64,000 nt of DNA from Elsinoe ampelina (lineage: Eukaryota), in assembly GCA_010093995.1 (NCBI GenBank), contig ML992508.1, positions 592,506-656,505 of the forward strand, given 5' to 3'. The notes under the pieces were generated by a model. It saw only the letters and a list, made by a program, of their open reading frames with translations. It searched no databases and was not told the origin of the DNA. Position numbers and translations under genes: made by a program. This document shows positions 25,408 to 36,709 of the stretch, piece by piece. Every line of letters starts with the position of its first letter. Position 1 is the stretch's first letter.

Positions 25408-26188
25408 TTATAGCTCCTTACTTCTCTTATGTCTCTTCTCTACTCTTTCTATCTCTTCTCTCTTAGCCTCCTTCTTCTCCCTTACTAATACTAATACCTC
25501 TAGCGCTGCTAAATGTCTCTCTAGTAAGCTATTTAACTCTTTAGCTATAGCTAGTACCTCCTATAGTAAACTAACTTAACCTTTAAGCTTATTAATATAT
25601 ATAGTAAAATCTCTCGAGGAGGCTTATAAGAGAGCTATAAGTAGACTTATAATAGCATTATAGCTATACTTACGCTAACGAACGTAGTAACTATAGCGCT
25701 TGCCTTTAGTAGCTATCTTAAATATATAACACTTATAAAGTAGTATATTATTCTTCTTCTTTCTTAAGTATTACTTATATACTATACTAGCTAGTATACC
25801 TTCCTTTATCTTTATAATTCGTCTAGTATTAGACACTAGGTTATAGGCCTTAAGGGCACCTTTAATCTTCTTCTTATCGCTAGAGAGCTTAGTATTATAA
25901 AGGGTAATATAATAGGCCTTCTATTTATTATTACTGATGTACTAAAAGTTGTTTATATTTATAGTAGTTAGCTAGTAGAACTTAGTATTAAACCTGTAAG
26001 TTGTTAGTAAGTATACTTATAAGGTAGTTAGGAGTAACTTATACTTAGCTATACTACTTATCTACCTTATTAAGGTGTTACTACTATAGCTCCTTATAGG
26101 TTTAATAAGCCTCCTTCTCCTCTCTACGCCTCTTTCGACTACTAGTATTATAAAGGCTACGCCCTATAGAGCTAGCTACTTAGGATAT
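25408..26188 (-). pseudogene. Small spliced gene of the TIR element with a putative six-Cys zinc cluster, NLS-like motif and coiled coil
   Basis: RKRRREEKE near the N-terminus; intron ~25994-26054 (TACTAAC...CAG); 25660-25779 de-RIPs to C-x2-C-x12-C-x11-C-x2-C-x7-C; E/K/R-rich helical C-terminus. Confidence 0.55.
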
Positions 26189-26728
26189 AGTAGTAGTAGT
26201 AGTAGTAATAGTAGTAAATAATTAAAATTAGTAACTAAACTAATAATAGAGAGGAGTATAGAGAAGGCTAAGGAGAGAAAGAGAAAGCAAGTATACTTAT
26301 AAGATATAGAGAATTAACTTGTTTATATACTTATATAAGGTATACTAGCGTTACTAGGGGGCGCGTAGTTACTATACTATAATTACTACCTTCTATATTA
26401 GAATAATAATTAAATTTAACTATGCTATTATAGCTCTAAATAGTAACACCATTAGGAAAAGAATTATTATAATTAGATAATAATTAACTACGCTAGAGGT
26501 AGTTGAATTTTAGTAACTCCAAGGGGCTAAGCGGAATTTGCGATTTTGGCCGTTTAGCGGATTGTCGCAAATCGGTTGCCGTCGACTCCCGCGGGATGAG
26601 CGTTCCTTCGACCAACCGATTCACCACCACCTTGGGCCTGCTGGGCAACTTCACGGCTGCACCTTGGCATCGACAGGCCTCATATGAGGGTGTGTGAGTC
26701 AAGCTCTGGGTATCATTCCAACAGTATC

Positions 26729-29676
26729 CTACGCTACAGACGCAAAACCTCTCTTCCTCCTACCTCTTTCTAACCTCTTCATTTCTTCCTCCTCGTCCTC
26801 CAACCCTCTGACCTCTCCTTCACGTACCTCCCTGCCCATAACCGCGAGGGCAGCAGCATTGAACCCAAGAACGCTCTTCTGGTCATCAATCCACTGTCCA
26901 TAAGCAGCCAACACATCCGCCATGATCGTCTTTAATTGCTTTGAAGCTACTAGCTGGTTGTTGTGAGCCTGGAGCAGGAAGTAGAAGACTCTCCATGACA
27001 GCTCAGGCTGCATTCTTCGCTGGAAGAATGTGACCAAGAAGCTGAAGAGGACAGGGAGGGTCGAGAAGGGTATGAGCAGCAGCGAGTCGTTCAGGGCTGC
27101 AGTAGGGACCTTCGCAATAGTGTTGAGTACGTGCTGCTCCGCTGAGATCCCACCGAGCGCTGTGAACAGCAGATTCCTTTGAGGAGGCGCAATGTTAGGA
27201 TTTGTTTCTCGCTGTTGCTCCCACTCTTGTACCGCTGCTCGATCTGTCTTGCATATCTCCAAGGCCTCCATGATTCGTTCGCCGTAAGTGAGGGTCGTGA
27301 TGGTCTGTTTGGAAGCAGCGCCGACTTCGTCTTGATCCTGTCCATCTTCTCCCGTTTGTAAATCTCGATCCATTTGAGCGGCCAGGGTCGCCTCATACGT
27401 TTGTTCGAGCTCTCGTTCGCGCTCTTCTTCCAGGAAGATCAGGTCGTCGCCGACGTCCCAGACCCGAATGCTTTTGTCATGACTGGCGGTGATGACTTTC
27501 TCCCCTGTCCGGCTAACCACCATAGCCCACACCTCGCCATGATGGCCATCGAGTTTCTGTATCTGTTCAAACTTCTCACCATCCCAAGACTTGACGACCG
27601 AGTCTTTGCTCGCGCTGAAAAAGACATGCTTCTCGTCGCTCTCGACGGGGTGTGGTATGAAGTTGACCTGCATGACACTGTCCTGATGAGCGAAGAAAGC
27701 TTTATGACAGTCGCCGAAGTCGAGGCCCCAAACTCGTACGTTCTTGTCAGCACTCGAGGTTACTATGAGTTTCGAGTCCGAGCTGATGTCGAGCGATAGT
27801 ACCGGCAGTTTGTGGCCAAAAAGCGTCAAGAACAGCTTAAGTGAGTCTGCAAAAAAGACCTTGACAGTGTTGTCCAAGGTAGACAACGCTAGCAAGCGTG
27901 AATCGGGTGAGAATCGCAGAGCCAGCACATCGTCGGCCACTTTCAGGATCCTTGTTTGAGAAAGCTTGAGCTGAGCCTTGGTCCTCTTGGTGCCTGGTAT
28001 CTCTTCTTGAACGATATCAAAGTTCCAGAATTTAACAGACTTGTCCTGTCCACCAGTTGCCACAGATCGACCGTCAGGGTGAACCTGCAGACTCCACACG
28101 GCTCCTTCATGAGCCTGGAACTTGTCGATGAGTGTCGAAGATGCAATGTCGTAGAGTTCCAGATCTCCTGCCTTCGTCCCTAGGAGCACGATCTTGTCAC
28201 CGGGTAAGAAGGTGCAGCATAGTGACTGGCCACATTCTATCGATCTCAGGCAGCTTTGTGTTCGGACATTCCAGATCTTGAGAAGCCCAGCGGACGCAGA
28301 TGCCAGCATACGATCGTCCGAGCTGATTGCGAGTGCTCTGATGTCTGTCCGGTGGCCAGGATTATCAACGCTCAGTGACCTGGAGTAATCTGGCGCTTCA
28401 TCGGTACTTTTCTTCCTTTCTTGTCGAGTGTCCACTTCCCACATCTCGAGCTGGTTATTCGAGCATGAAACGAGCAAGGACAACCGCTTGGTGACCTTTG
28501 GCTGCGCCCAAACGGCAGAACGCACTCTACCACCCGTCCTCACCACCACATGAGAGACGAAGATGTCGGTCACTTCTGGAGTGCCCAGATCAGCATTCTC
28601 GTGGTCGTCTGTCTGCTGTCCTTTCTCTGCTGCCTTCTCCTTCCGCCGTCTTCGCTTGCGGACAAGTGCTCTCCGAACCTCGTCTGATGACCTGACACGG
28701 AATATTTCCACGGCCTTGTCCGAACCATGGAATGCGACGTATGCGCCACTTTTGTGGAAAGAGACGTTTGTCGTTTTATCCTTGCTTCCTCGGAAAAGTA
28801 TACCCATGTCACTCAGATACCTCGTCTTCTGACCTGCGGTTTTTGCCACACCAAACTTGGCCAGCCCTTCCAGATCGATAGTCCAGACCTTCATCTCACC
28901 ATCATTCCCTGCAGTGATGCATACGCGATCGTCTGGGGAGACGCCCATAGCCCAGCATTCCCCGTTACTTTGGGCAGCATGCGTCTCAATGCAGTGAGGG
29001 CTGCTCAAATCCCACAGTTTGACCAGAGCATCTTTACTGACAGATACAAGGTAGCGCTCCTCCATGGTGAGAGATTCGCCGCCATCCTCATCATCACCTT
29101 CCGTCGAGACTGTGGTCGGTGTATGAAGGAAGGAGAGCCCTGTGATCTGGTCTTTGTGACCTCTCAGCCTGAACTCAGCAGCCTCTGATAATAAGTTCCA
29201 AAGGATAATATCGGTGTCTTTCGATCCACTTGCCAGTCGCAGACCTTCTCGATCGAATACCAGATGCGTAATGGCTGATCGATGGCCATTGAAGCTGACT
29301 AGAACAGTCGCAGAGATATCATCCCAAACTCGGATGCTCCCGTCAGCATATCCTACGGCAAACAGCTCCTTTTGAGCTTTGCACTGTGCGATCGCGGACA
29401 CTTCAGTCGATGATTCTCGATCTCGCCACTTGCTGAGGAGCTCGCCCTTTTTGATGTCCCAGCACAGGACCTCTTCATTGGCGCTTACATATGCTCTGCC
29501 GGCTCCAGTAGACTTGGCAGAGCCAGGGTAAGTGTCCTGCTCACTCCATACTATGTTCGAGTTTGGAGAGGCGACGACACCAAACGTTGTCGTAGGCTCG
29601 TATTTTCTGTTCGGATGTCAAGATTATGAGACAAGCAGTCATTTTAAGCAAACTCATACCTATAAGATCTGACCAT
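26729..29676 (-). CDS. DIP2: U3 snoRNA-associated WD40 protein Dip2/Utp12; intron 29607-29659
   Basis: MVRSYR|KYE start; tandem WD40 repeats; LKLFLTLFGHKLPVL, WGLDFGDCHKAFFAHQDS; Utp12 C-terminal domain. Confidence 0.93.
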
Positions 29677-29962
29677 CACGATGCGTGGACCGACATGTGT
29701 GATTCGAAAAAAGTTCTGGTATGCTATGCAGCATGTGATTTCTGCCGCCGACCAAATTCACCGCCTTTGCGATCGGGCCGGTCCCACCTCTCCCACCTCC
29801 GTGACGATGACCTCCAAGCTCACCGGCCAATCTGCTGCCTGACCAAACACTTGACAACTTCGCCCGCTCGCAGCACAATCAGTATTTCTGCTGCTGGAAT
29901 TCTGGCTCCTATGCGCTAGCCTCGAGCGCGTCAACATTTTGCACACCAATTGCTAATACAGT

Positions 29963-31066
29963 ATGTTGTTACTCGACTACCAGAACGTGCTCATCGAGTC
30001 GTTGCTCAAGGACCGCTTCTCTGGGTACGATACAATTACACTGCAATTGGATGGTTTCTGACGTTGGACAGTGCTTCCACGAGCTCGATCGATCAGGTTG
30101 TCTCCGATTTTGACGGTGTCACGTTCCATATCTCCACCCCCGAATCGAAGACGGTCATCCTTATTTCCATCTCAGTCAAATGCTTCAAGGAACTTGTGCA
30201 TTATGGAGCACAAGAAATCCTCCAACGAGAATATGGCCCATACTGCTTGGACACGCCTGAATCGGGGTACGACTTCTCAATTCAAGTCGACCTCAACAAC
30301 CTACCAGAAGATCAGGAAGCGAAGGACGACCTCATCAAGCGGATAAGTCTGCTTAAGCGTAATGCGATGGCAGCACCATTCGAGCAGGCTTTCGATGAAT
30401 ACCAGAGACTTCACGAAGAGGCCAGCAAATATACATCGGAGAGTGCACCTCAAGGTGTGAAAGAGGGTGGAGAGGTGCGCGCGATACACTACCGTGAGGA
30501 GGAAGCCATCTACATCAAAGCCAGCCACGACAGAGTGACTGTCATCTTCAGCACAATCTTCAGGGAGGAGACCGACAGGATTTTCGGCAAGGTGTTCCTA
30601 CAAGAATTCGTAGACGCGCGGCGGCGCGCCATTCAGAATGCGCCACAGGTACTGTTCAAGAACGAGCCGCCATTAGAGCTTCAGGGTGTGCCCGGACTTC
30701 CCGCACCCGGAACCGGCGAGGTCGGCTACATCACATTTGGTATGAAGATGGCGCCTGTAGCTTCATTCGTTTGCTGACATTCGTAGTCCTCTTCCCACGC
30801 CACTTGACCAATCAGCGAAGAGAAGAGGTCATCTCCCACATCCAAACATTCCGCGATTACTTCCATTATCACATCAAAGCATCAAAAGCGTACATCCACT
30901 CACGCATGCGAAGAAGAACGGCCGACTTCCTTCAAGGTAGGCTCGATGATACGCAGGATTGCCGAGATCGTTCTGACCTTTCCCAGTACTGCGACGAGCA
31001 CGGCCAGAAGCAGAAGAGAAAGAACGCAAGACAGCCAGTGGCAGGACTTTCCGTGTACAGAGCTAA
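29963..31066 (+). CDS. ARC35: Arp2/3 complex 34 kDa subunit (ARPC2); introns 30025-30071, 30740-30786, 30937-30986
   Basis: MLLLDYQN..., [55 protein letters not shown]. Confidence 0.95.
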
Positions 31067-31149
31067 AAGTCATTCCATAGACATGATCATGACAGCTACA
31101 GCCTGGGACCATTCGACCCGTGGCTACCATGAATATCTCCCTCCCCTAG

Positions 31150-31879
31150 TCAGGTGACATTCTTCGACAGCCACTCATCCCACTGCTCCGCTGTGAAGCC
31201 ACTTGAGATGCTGTTCTCCACGATTCCATTGAAGACGACTGTTGGACTGACATGGATGCCGATCAGCCTCGCAGCCTTGATGAGTAGCTTCAAATCATTC
31301 GTCGTCGCATTGCCCGTGTTTAGACTTCCGTCCTCACCAGGCTTGTCGGAGATCTCAAGCTGCTTGTAGATCTTTCCCTCATCAAGACCAACACCAGCAG
31401 CCAGCTTCGCAAGACGTTTATATGTCTGATTACGAGTCTCATTGACCACATTCACGTCGAAGTAGTCAGCCTGCTTGTCGAAAAGCGCCTTGGAAAAGTC
31501 CCAGAACTTGTCTGGATTGGTCTGCAGGACGGCGACACCGGCCTCGTGTGTGAGTGTACTGGACGGGTGCCATGGCTGGATTTGTTGGCGGAAGATGATC
31601 TGGACCTTGGCTTGGTACTTTTGCTCGACTAAGGGAAGGACGGAGGTGTAGACTGTATTGAACATTTTCTTCGAGAACTGGTAATGTCAGAGTGAATGAC
31701 CTGCGTCGGAGATCTTGAACCCACAGGGCAGACATAGTCTAGATCTGATCATTGTTAGTCCGTTTTGCGAGATAAATACGTATATCATCACATGGCTTAC
31801 ATAACTCCAAGGTATGGACAGTCTTCGGCGAGAGTCCAGCGACCAGCTTGTGGCCGGCGAACTTTGGTGCTAGAGCCAT
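31150..31879 (-). CDS. DsbA/thioredoxin-fold protein (CPFS motif), two introns near the 5' end
   Basis: Spliced N-terminus [12 protein letters not shown]...[34 protein letters not shown]. Confidence 0.85.
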
Positions 31880-32142
31880 CTTGTAGGGTCAATTATTTGC
31901 ACAGTTGCTCGAACTCAGAGTATGAATGTCTTGTTTGTGAGGGAGAAAAGGGTGTAGTTAGCAGAACCTCGTATGATGTCTTTGATGTCAGTGATGTCAC
32001 CCCCACTTCGTGAGATTGCACAATCGCAATCCGAACCTTCCATCTCACCTTCTGCACCTGGCTACCTTAAACACCCATTGCGATTATTCATCAGCTCGGC
32101 CTCCCAGTAGTCAGAGCTATAGGGCTGGTCAATGGAGACAGA

Positions 32143-34665
32143 ATGGGCATAGCTGCACTACCTCAGGCCACTGTCAAAGCTCTGGGCTCAACCCAATCTA
32201 TCGTCAACTCAACATCAGTCGTCAAGGAGTTGATTGAGAACGCACTCGATGCCAACGCTAGGTCTATCAGCGTCGAGATTTCATCAAATACCCTCGACGT
32301 CATCCAGGTTAAGGATAACGGCCATGGCATTCCTCCTGCGGACCGTCATTTGGTGGCAGCACGTTACTGCACGAGCAAGATCACCAACGAGCAGGATCTC
32401 GAGCGAGTGGGATCGCTGTCTCTCGGCTTTCGTGGAGAGGCGCTCAGTCATATTGCAGAGATGAGCTCTGAACTCGCCTTAACAACCCGGGTCGATGGCG
32501 AAGGAGCTGGCAGCCATCTCACCTTCTCACGAGACGGCAAGCTGGAGAAGGAGCAGCGTAAGTCGCATGCTGTAGGTACAACCGTTCGCGTCACAAAATT
32601 CCTCGAGCATCATCCGGTCCGCAAGCAACAGATCCTTAAAGCTCCACGGAAAATCATCGATGGCATTCTGCTGCTTTTGCATCGCTTTGCTTTTGCACGA
32701 CCTCATATCCGTTTTGCGTTCTCAGTCCTCAAGAGCAACGCCGCACAAGATCGCTGGATCTATGCGCCAGCTACCGAGGTCACTCTCACCAGCACAGCCC
32801 TCAAGGTTGTAGGTCAGACTGCAGTATCACAGTGCCAATTCGAACAAGTCTATCGGAGCGGTGTTAGGATCGAAGCACTCTTGCCACAACCCAACGCCGA
32901 TATAATGAAGCTGAAGCGAAAGGGCGAGTACGTGATTCTCGATGGACGTCCTCTGGCACCGAATCGCGGCTTCGGCAAACGCCTTCTCAAGGAAGTCAAA
33001 GACCATTCGGGCTGGAAGCAGTTGAAGAACGAGTCAGCAGAGTCAACTTTCATCTGTCTCGTGTTATACTTTGACGGCACGACATACGACGCAACGATCG
33101 AGCCAAGTAAGGATGATGTCCTGATCGCCGACCTGGATAGTGTCCTTGGTCTCTTGCGCAAGCTGCTTGACAAAGTATACCCAATTCACGATACCACAGT
33201 CGACACTTCCGATTCCGAGTCTGCTCTCCCCATCAGTGGATCTGTGGAGACGGCCGACGAAGTCATGAATGCATTCATGTCGACTATGGCGCAGGAACAC
33301 GAGGCATCAATTGAAGATATCCGTGCAGTGCCACAAACACTTCACGATGATAGCTCGTTTGCTCAGACTGAAGCACCAGCCACCCGGGCAGACAAGTCGG
33401 CGTACAACCCATGGACCATGGCAAAGATCAATGCACCTCGTAGACCAATACAAACTATCTTCACTTCGGACCACAAGATCGATGAAGAAGTAGAAGAGCC
33501 TGCGCTCCAGCTCACCGTCGAGCGAGGTCACTCACAAGAGACCCACGATCTTTCTCCGACAACGACGACTGGTCTCCTAACGCCGAAGCACGACTCCTCG
33601 ACCCGCCAGATACCGCATTGTGGATCTGAAGAACGCTGCGTGGGTCAACACCGGCTTCCGCAAGCACAGCTTTACTTTCCGCCAACACCTTTTACGTCTG
33701 CGAGCTCCTCATCGATTCCGTTCTCAACTCCAGGGAACAGCTCCTTGCCAGTGAGGAGTTTTGTAAGCCAAGACGCTCCCACATCAGAATTACCTGATCA
33801 GTCACTCGACCAGCTTAACACATTCCGAGTGTCTCTTCCCGTATCGTCCTCATCCAACACATCTGCGACCCGGAAGAGTGGCCGTAAGTTTGTCAACAAG
33901 CCTTTCAAAGCACCAAGTACGAAACACAAGGATCCAGAACGAGATGCTTGGTTCGACTTTCCGGATCCCAGCCAGGGAGGACGAGGGCCAAAGAGACCTA
34001 AAGCAGGAGATCTATCACTGAAGGTGAATGCAAGTAGAGACATCAGATCCCTCCTTCGCTCCGCAGCGACACCAGGTCGAGATCCACCTGCCTCAGTCCT
34101 CACCATGCAGCATCACTCGGACCCCAACATGTCCATGAACGCCATCGTGGCTCATCCTACAGCCTTGCAAGATAGTGATATCATCGGTCCCGATACTAAA
34201 CATTATAGTCCGGGCCAGGAGAACCTCCACTCTCCTTCTGCCGCTAGACTGCAACGTCGAGCATCTTCTGGCCGCGATGTACTCACAGAGATTGACACCA
34301 ATGTGTCCGATCCCCGAAACCTCCTCCTCCGTCCTAGGACCAAGTCAGGGAGGATGAAGCGAGCCAAGTCGTCGATGCTGCCACTCGAGAGATCCACAGC
34401 CGAAGCCATGGTTCATTCGCTGCAGCAGACATTCTACTTGTCTCTGGGCGAGCTCAAGTCGGCTTGTGTCGGAAGGATGGCTGATGCAGGCTACTTTGAG
34501 ATGGACGAGGATCCACTGGCTGCTTACTGTGGACTGGAGTATCACGATGGAGAAGGGTTGGTGGATCTGGCGGCTGGATTGCGTGCGTTGCTGGAGGAGA
34601 AGGGAGGGCCGGGAGTGGTGAATGATTTGGAGGATATTTTGAGGAGTGCTCTTATGACTGGGTGA
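32143..34665 (+). CDS. MutL-family protein (GHKL ATPase plus transducer; MLH2/human PMS1-like)
   Basis: VVKELIENALDA, DNGHGI, TSKI, GFRGEALS, GTTV motifs; long low-complexity C-terminal half; no DQHA(x)2E motif. Confidence 0.85.
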   Translation: MGIAALPQATVKALGSTQSIVNSTSVVKELIENALDANARSISVEISSNTLDVIQVKDNGHGIPPADRHLVAARYCTSKITNEQDLERVGSLSLGFRGEALSHIAEMSSELALTTRVDGEGAGSHLTFSRDGKLEKEQRKSHAVGTTVRVTKFLEHHPVRKQQILKAPRKIIDGILLLLHRFAFARPHIRFAFSVLKSNAAQDRWIYAPATEVTLTSTALKVVGQTAVSQCQFEQVYRSGVRIEALLPQPNADIMKLKRKGEYVILDGRPLAPNRGFGKRLLKEVKDHSGWKQLKNESAESTFICLVLYFDGTTYDATIEPSKDDVLIADLDSVLGLLRKLLDKVYPIHDTTVDTSDSESALPISGSVETADEVMNAFMSTMAQEHEASIEDIRAVPQTLHDDSSFAQTEAPATRADKSAYNPWTMAKINAPRRPIQTIFTSDHKIDEEVEEPALQLTVERGHSQETHDLSPTTTTGLLTPKHDSSTRQIPHCGSEERCVGQHRLPQAQLYFPPTPFTSASSSSIPFSTPGNSSLPVRSFVSQDAPTSELPDQSLDQLNTFRVSLPVSSSSNTSATRKSGRKFVNKPFKAPSTKHKDPERDAWFDFPDPSQGGRGPKRPKAGDLSLKVNASRDIRSLLRSAATPGRDPPASVLTMQHHSDPNMSMNAIVAHPTALQDSDIIGPDTKHYSPGQENLHSPSAARLQRRASSGRDVLTEIDTNVSDPRNLLLRPRTKSGRMKRAKSSMLPLERSTAEAMVHSLQQTFYLSLGELKSACVGRMADAGYFEMDEDPLAAYCGLEYHDGEGLVDLAAGLRALLEEKGGPGVVNDLEDILRSALMTG

Positions 34666-35121
34666 TTGTCATGGTCGAGTGAAGATGAATGCGCGAGGTC
34701 GTTGCTCAGAGATGTTGCTGGACGTATCCTAAAAAGAAGGTCGAACGGATTGGTGACGATTTATGAGATATGCTTGATGAGTATGATACATGACCATTGA
34801 TACCCTTTGCTAGATCTACCGCAAATGCTATGCGCTCTATACTACTACTGCAATCTTCTGATTGACGCCTTGTCACAATCAACAGCTGTGATAGGTCACT
34901 TGACCTCTTCACTTCTTGCTTGCGTCGTTGTCTGGGTCGAAACGAGAGCCTCACTCTCCAAGCCGACCATCGTCGACATCACGTCCGCAGACAAATCGCC
35001 GAGTCGTAGTCCGTTCCTGCCCCTAATGCTCATGCCCTGCTTTCCCGGTAGACTTTCCCTCCCCATCCATCCTCGATATCATGCCTGACGACTCTCCTCC
35101 CTCCCCCTCCTGCATCCCCCC

Positions 35122-36402
35122 TCACACCTTCTTCCCCATCTTCAACAACTCCCCAACCTTGGGCGGCAACACCAACGCCGACCTATCATTCCTCCTGAAA
35201 AACTCCAAACTCAGTCCCGCCATCTTCTCCGGCACATCCTCATGCAAAAAATGGCCCGCCTCCGGCAAGACGGTCAGCTGAAACCTGCCCTGCATCTGAC
35301 CCACCATGAGCTCCCTATCCAACCGATCCGTCCCAGCGAGCACCAACGCCTTCGCCGCCCTGCCCGCCAGAAACCGCGAGGACATACCCGCGAACCACCC
35401 CTCCCAAAACCCCTGCGTGCGCACGAGATCAGTCCGCCACCCCCACCCATCCTCCCCCTGTCCCCTCCCTTCACCACGCCCCTCCCCTGCCCCCCGCTCC
35501 GGCAAGCGCACCAGTAAAGAAGGCACAGTCACTCCCGCGCTCTCCCCCCTCCTCACCACCCTGCTCCGCAAATGCCAGTCCACCGCCTCCCCCACGCTGC
35601 CGAACCGCGAAGGCCGAGAGGCGAGGTACGTCCGCATCCAAGCCAGTGCCTCTAGCGCCGAGCCCTCGACTACGTCCAGCACTTGGAGGCCGACGAGCGC
35701 GGGGCCGAGGGCGCCATCGGCTGCGAGGGAGGTGAAGACGGCGCCGCCCAGGGAGTGGCCTACCAGTACGCAGGGGGGGAGGGAGGGCCAGGCTTCGTGC
35801 GACTGGACGAGGAGGATGGTGCGGAGGGCGTCGGTGGTGAGGGTTGGGATGGAGAAGTCTGGGTCTGGGCTAGAGCTGGGGTTGAGGTCGGAGGATGAGG
35901 AGGGGTACGGGGGACCGGAAAGGGGAGGGGCCGCCGGCAGGATCTCGCTGCCGTGTTCTCGGGCGGAGAGCGAGAGGATGCCTGCTTCTGGAGCCAGGGA
36001 GCGGAGGGCTTGTGCGAAGGGCCCGAAGGACATGGCGCTGCTGCCGGCGCCGTGGTGGGTGATGAAGAGGGGCCCTTTGGTGGGGGAGGCAGGGGGGGTG
36101 AGGTAGGCGTGGTAGATGGCTGTGGGGTGCGGGGAGGAGGGGGGTGTGAAGGGGAGGTGGAGCTCTTTGGTGAAGAAGCGGGGCCATGGGATTGGTGGTT
36201 GGAGGGAAGTGGAGGGTGGGGTGGATGGACGGAGGGTGTTGATGCTGTCGGCTGTGCTGGTGGAGGAGTCGGAAGAGGATGCGTCTGGGTCCGAGGAGGT
36301 GGAGGTGCTGCGGGCGCGGGTTGTGGTGAGGACGTTGGGTCCGGGCCGGCTTGGAGGGGCTTGCTCGCGGATAGAGGGGAGGGAGCGGAGTAGGTCGGAC
36401 AT
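35122..36402 (-). CDS. PPE1: Protein phosphatase methylesterase 1
   Basis: HHGAGSS, GHSLGG nucleophile, DVVEGSA, LAGTDRLDRELMVGQMQGRFQL, GHFLHED. Confidence 0.93.
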   Translation of the reverse strand: MSDLLRSLPSIREQAPPSRPGPNVLTTTRARSTSTSSDPDASSSDSSTSTADSINTLRPSTPPSTSLQPPIPWPRFFTKELHLPFTPPSSPHPTAIYHAYLTPPASPTKGPLFITHHGAGSSAMSFGPFAQALRSLAPEAGILSLSAREHGSEILPAAPPLSGPPYPSSSSDLNPSSSPDPDFSIPTLTTDALRTILLVQSHEAWPSLPPCVLVGHSLGGAVFTSLAADGALGPALVGLQVLDVVEGSALEALAWMRTYLASRPSRFGSVGEAVDWHLRSRVVRRGESAGVTVPSLLVRLPERGAGEGRGEGRGQGEDGWGWRTDLVRTQGFWEGWFAGMSSRFLAGRAAKALVLAGTDRLDRELMVGQMQGRFQLTVLPEAGHFLHEDVPEKMAGLSLEFFRRNDRSALVLPPKVGELLKMGKKV

Positions 36403-36709
36403 TATTGATTATTGATGTTCAGCATTGATGGAGTGCAGCAAGATTGAGATGGTGGGGGGGGGCTCTGATATCAGATTGCACGGACCACGGATAGTGGGGT
36501 GAGTGGCGAGGACGCGACGACAGCAAAGTCGATGATCCAGAAGCTCCAGGTGGGAGGAGTACTATGATGGCAAATACTAGACACGTGTGAATCGTTGGTA
36601 AAGGATGATGAAAATAAAAAGGAGTGCGGGCAGACATGGTGAACCAGGAAATCAAGTCATGACTCGTGAATTTATATACATTATCTAACGAACGATGAAG
36701 GGACCACGT

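Larger units (their letters stand above)
6851..26590 (-). mobile_element. Unclassified RIP-degraded element with ~45-bp imperfect TIRs (~4.8 kb once nested Gypsy elements are removed)
   Basis: Left end GAGACTCTATGGTAGCCGATTTGCGCCTTTCCGCCAAACGCCAA versus reverse complement of right end GGGAGTCGACGGCAACCGATTTGCGACAATCCGCTAAACGGCCAA. These bracket the AT-rich block. No TSD found. Confidence 0.55.

Noticed and set aside
6950..26500. Centromere, or Starship-type giant element
   Set aside because: The block is fully explained by a ~20 kb nest with defined TSDs. No tyrosine-recombinase captain is visible and the size alone gives no support.
35242..36415. Many long overlapping alternative-frame ORFs in PPE1, GH17, GNAT and ZIP
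   Set aside because: Artefacts of high GC and extreme skew, which deplete stop codons. The products are low-complexity.
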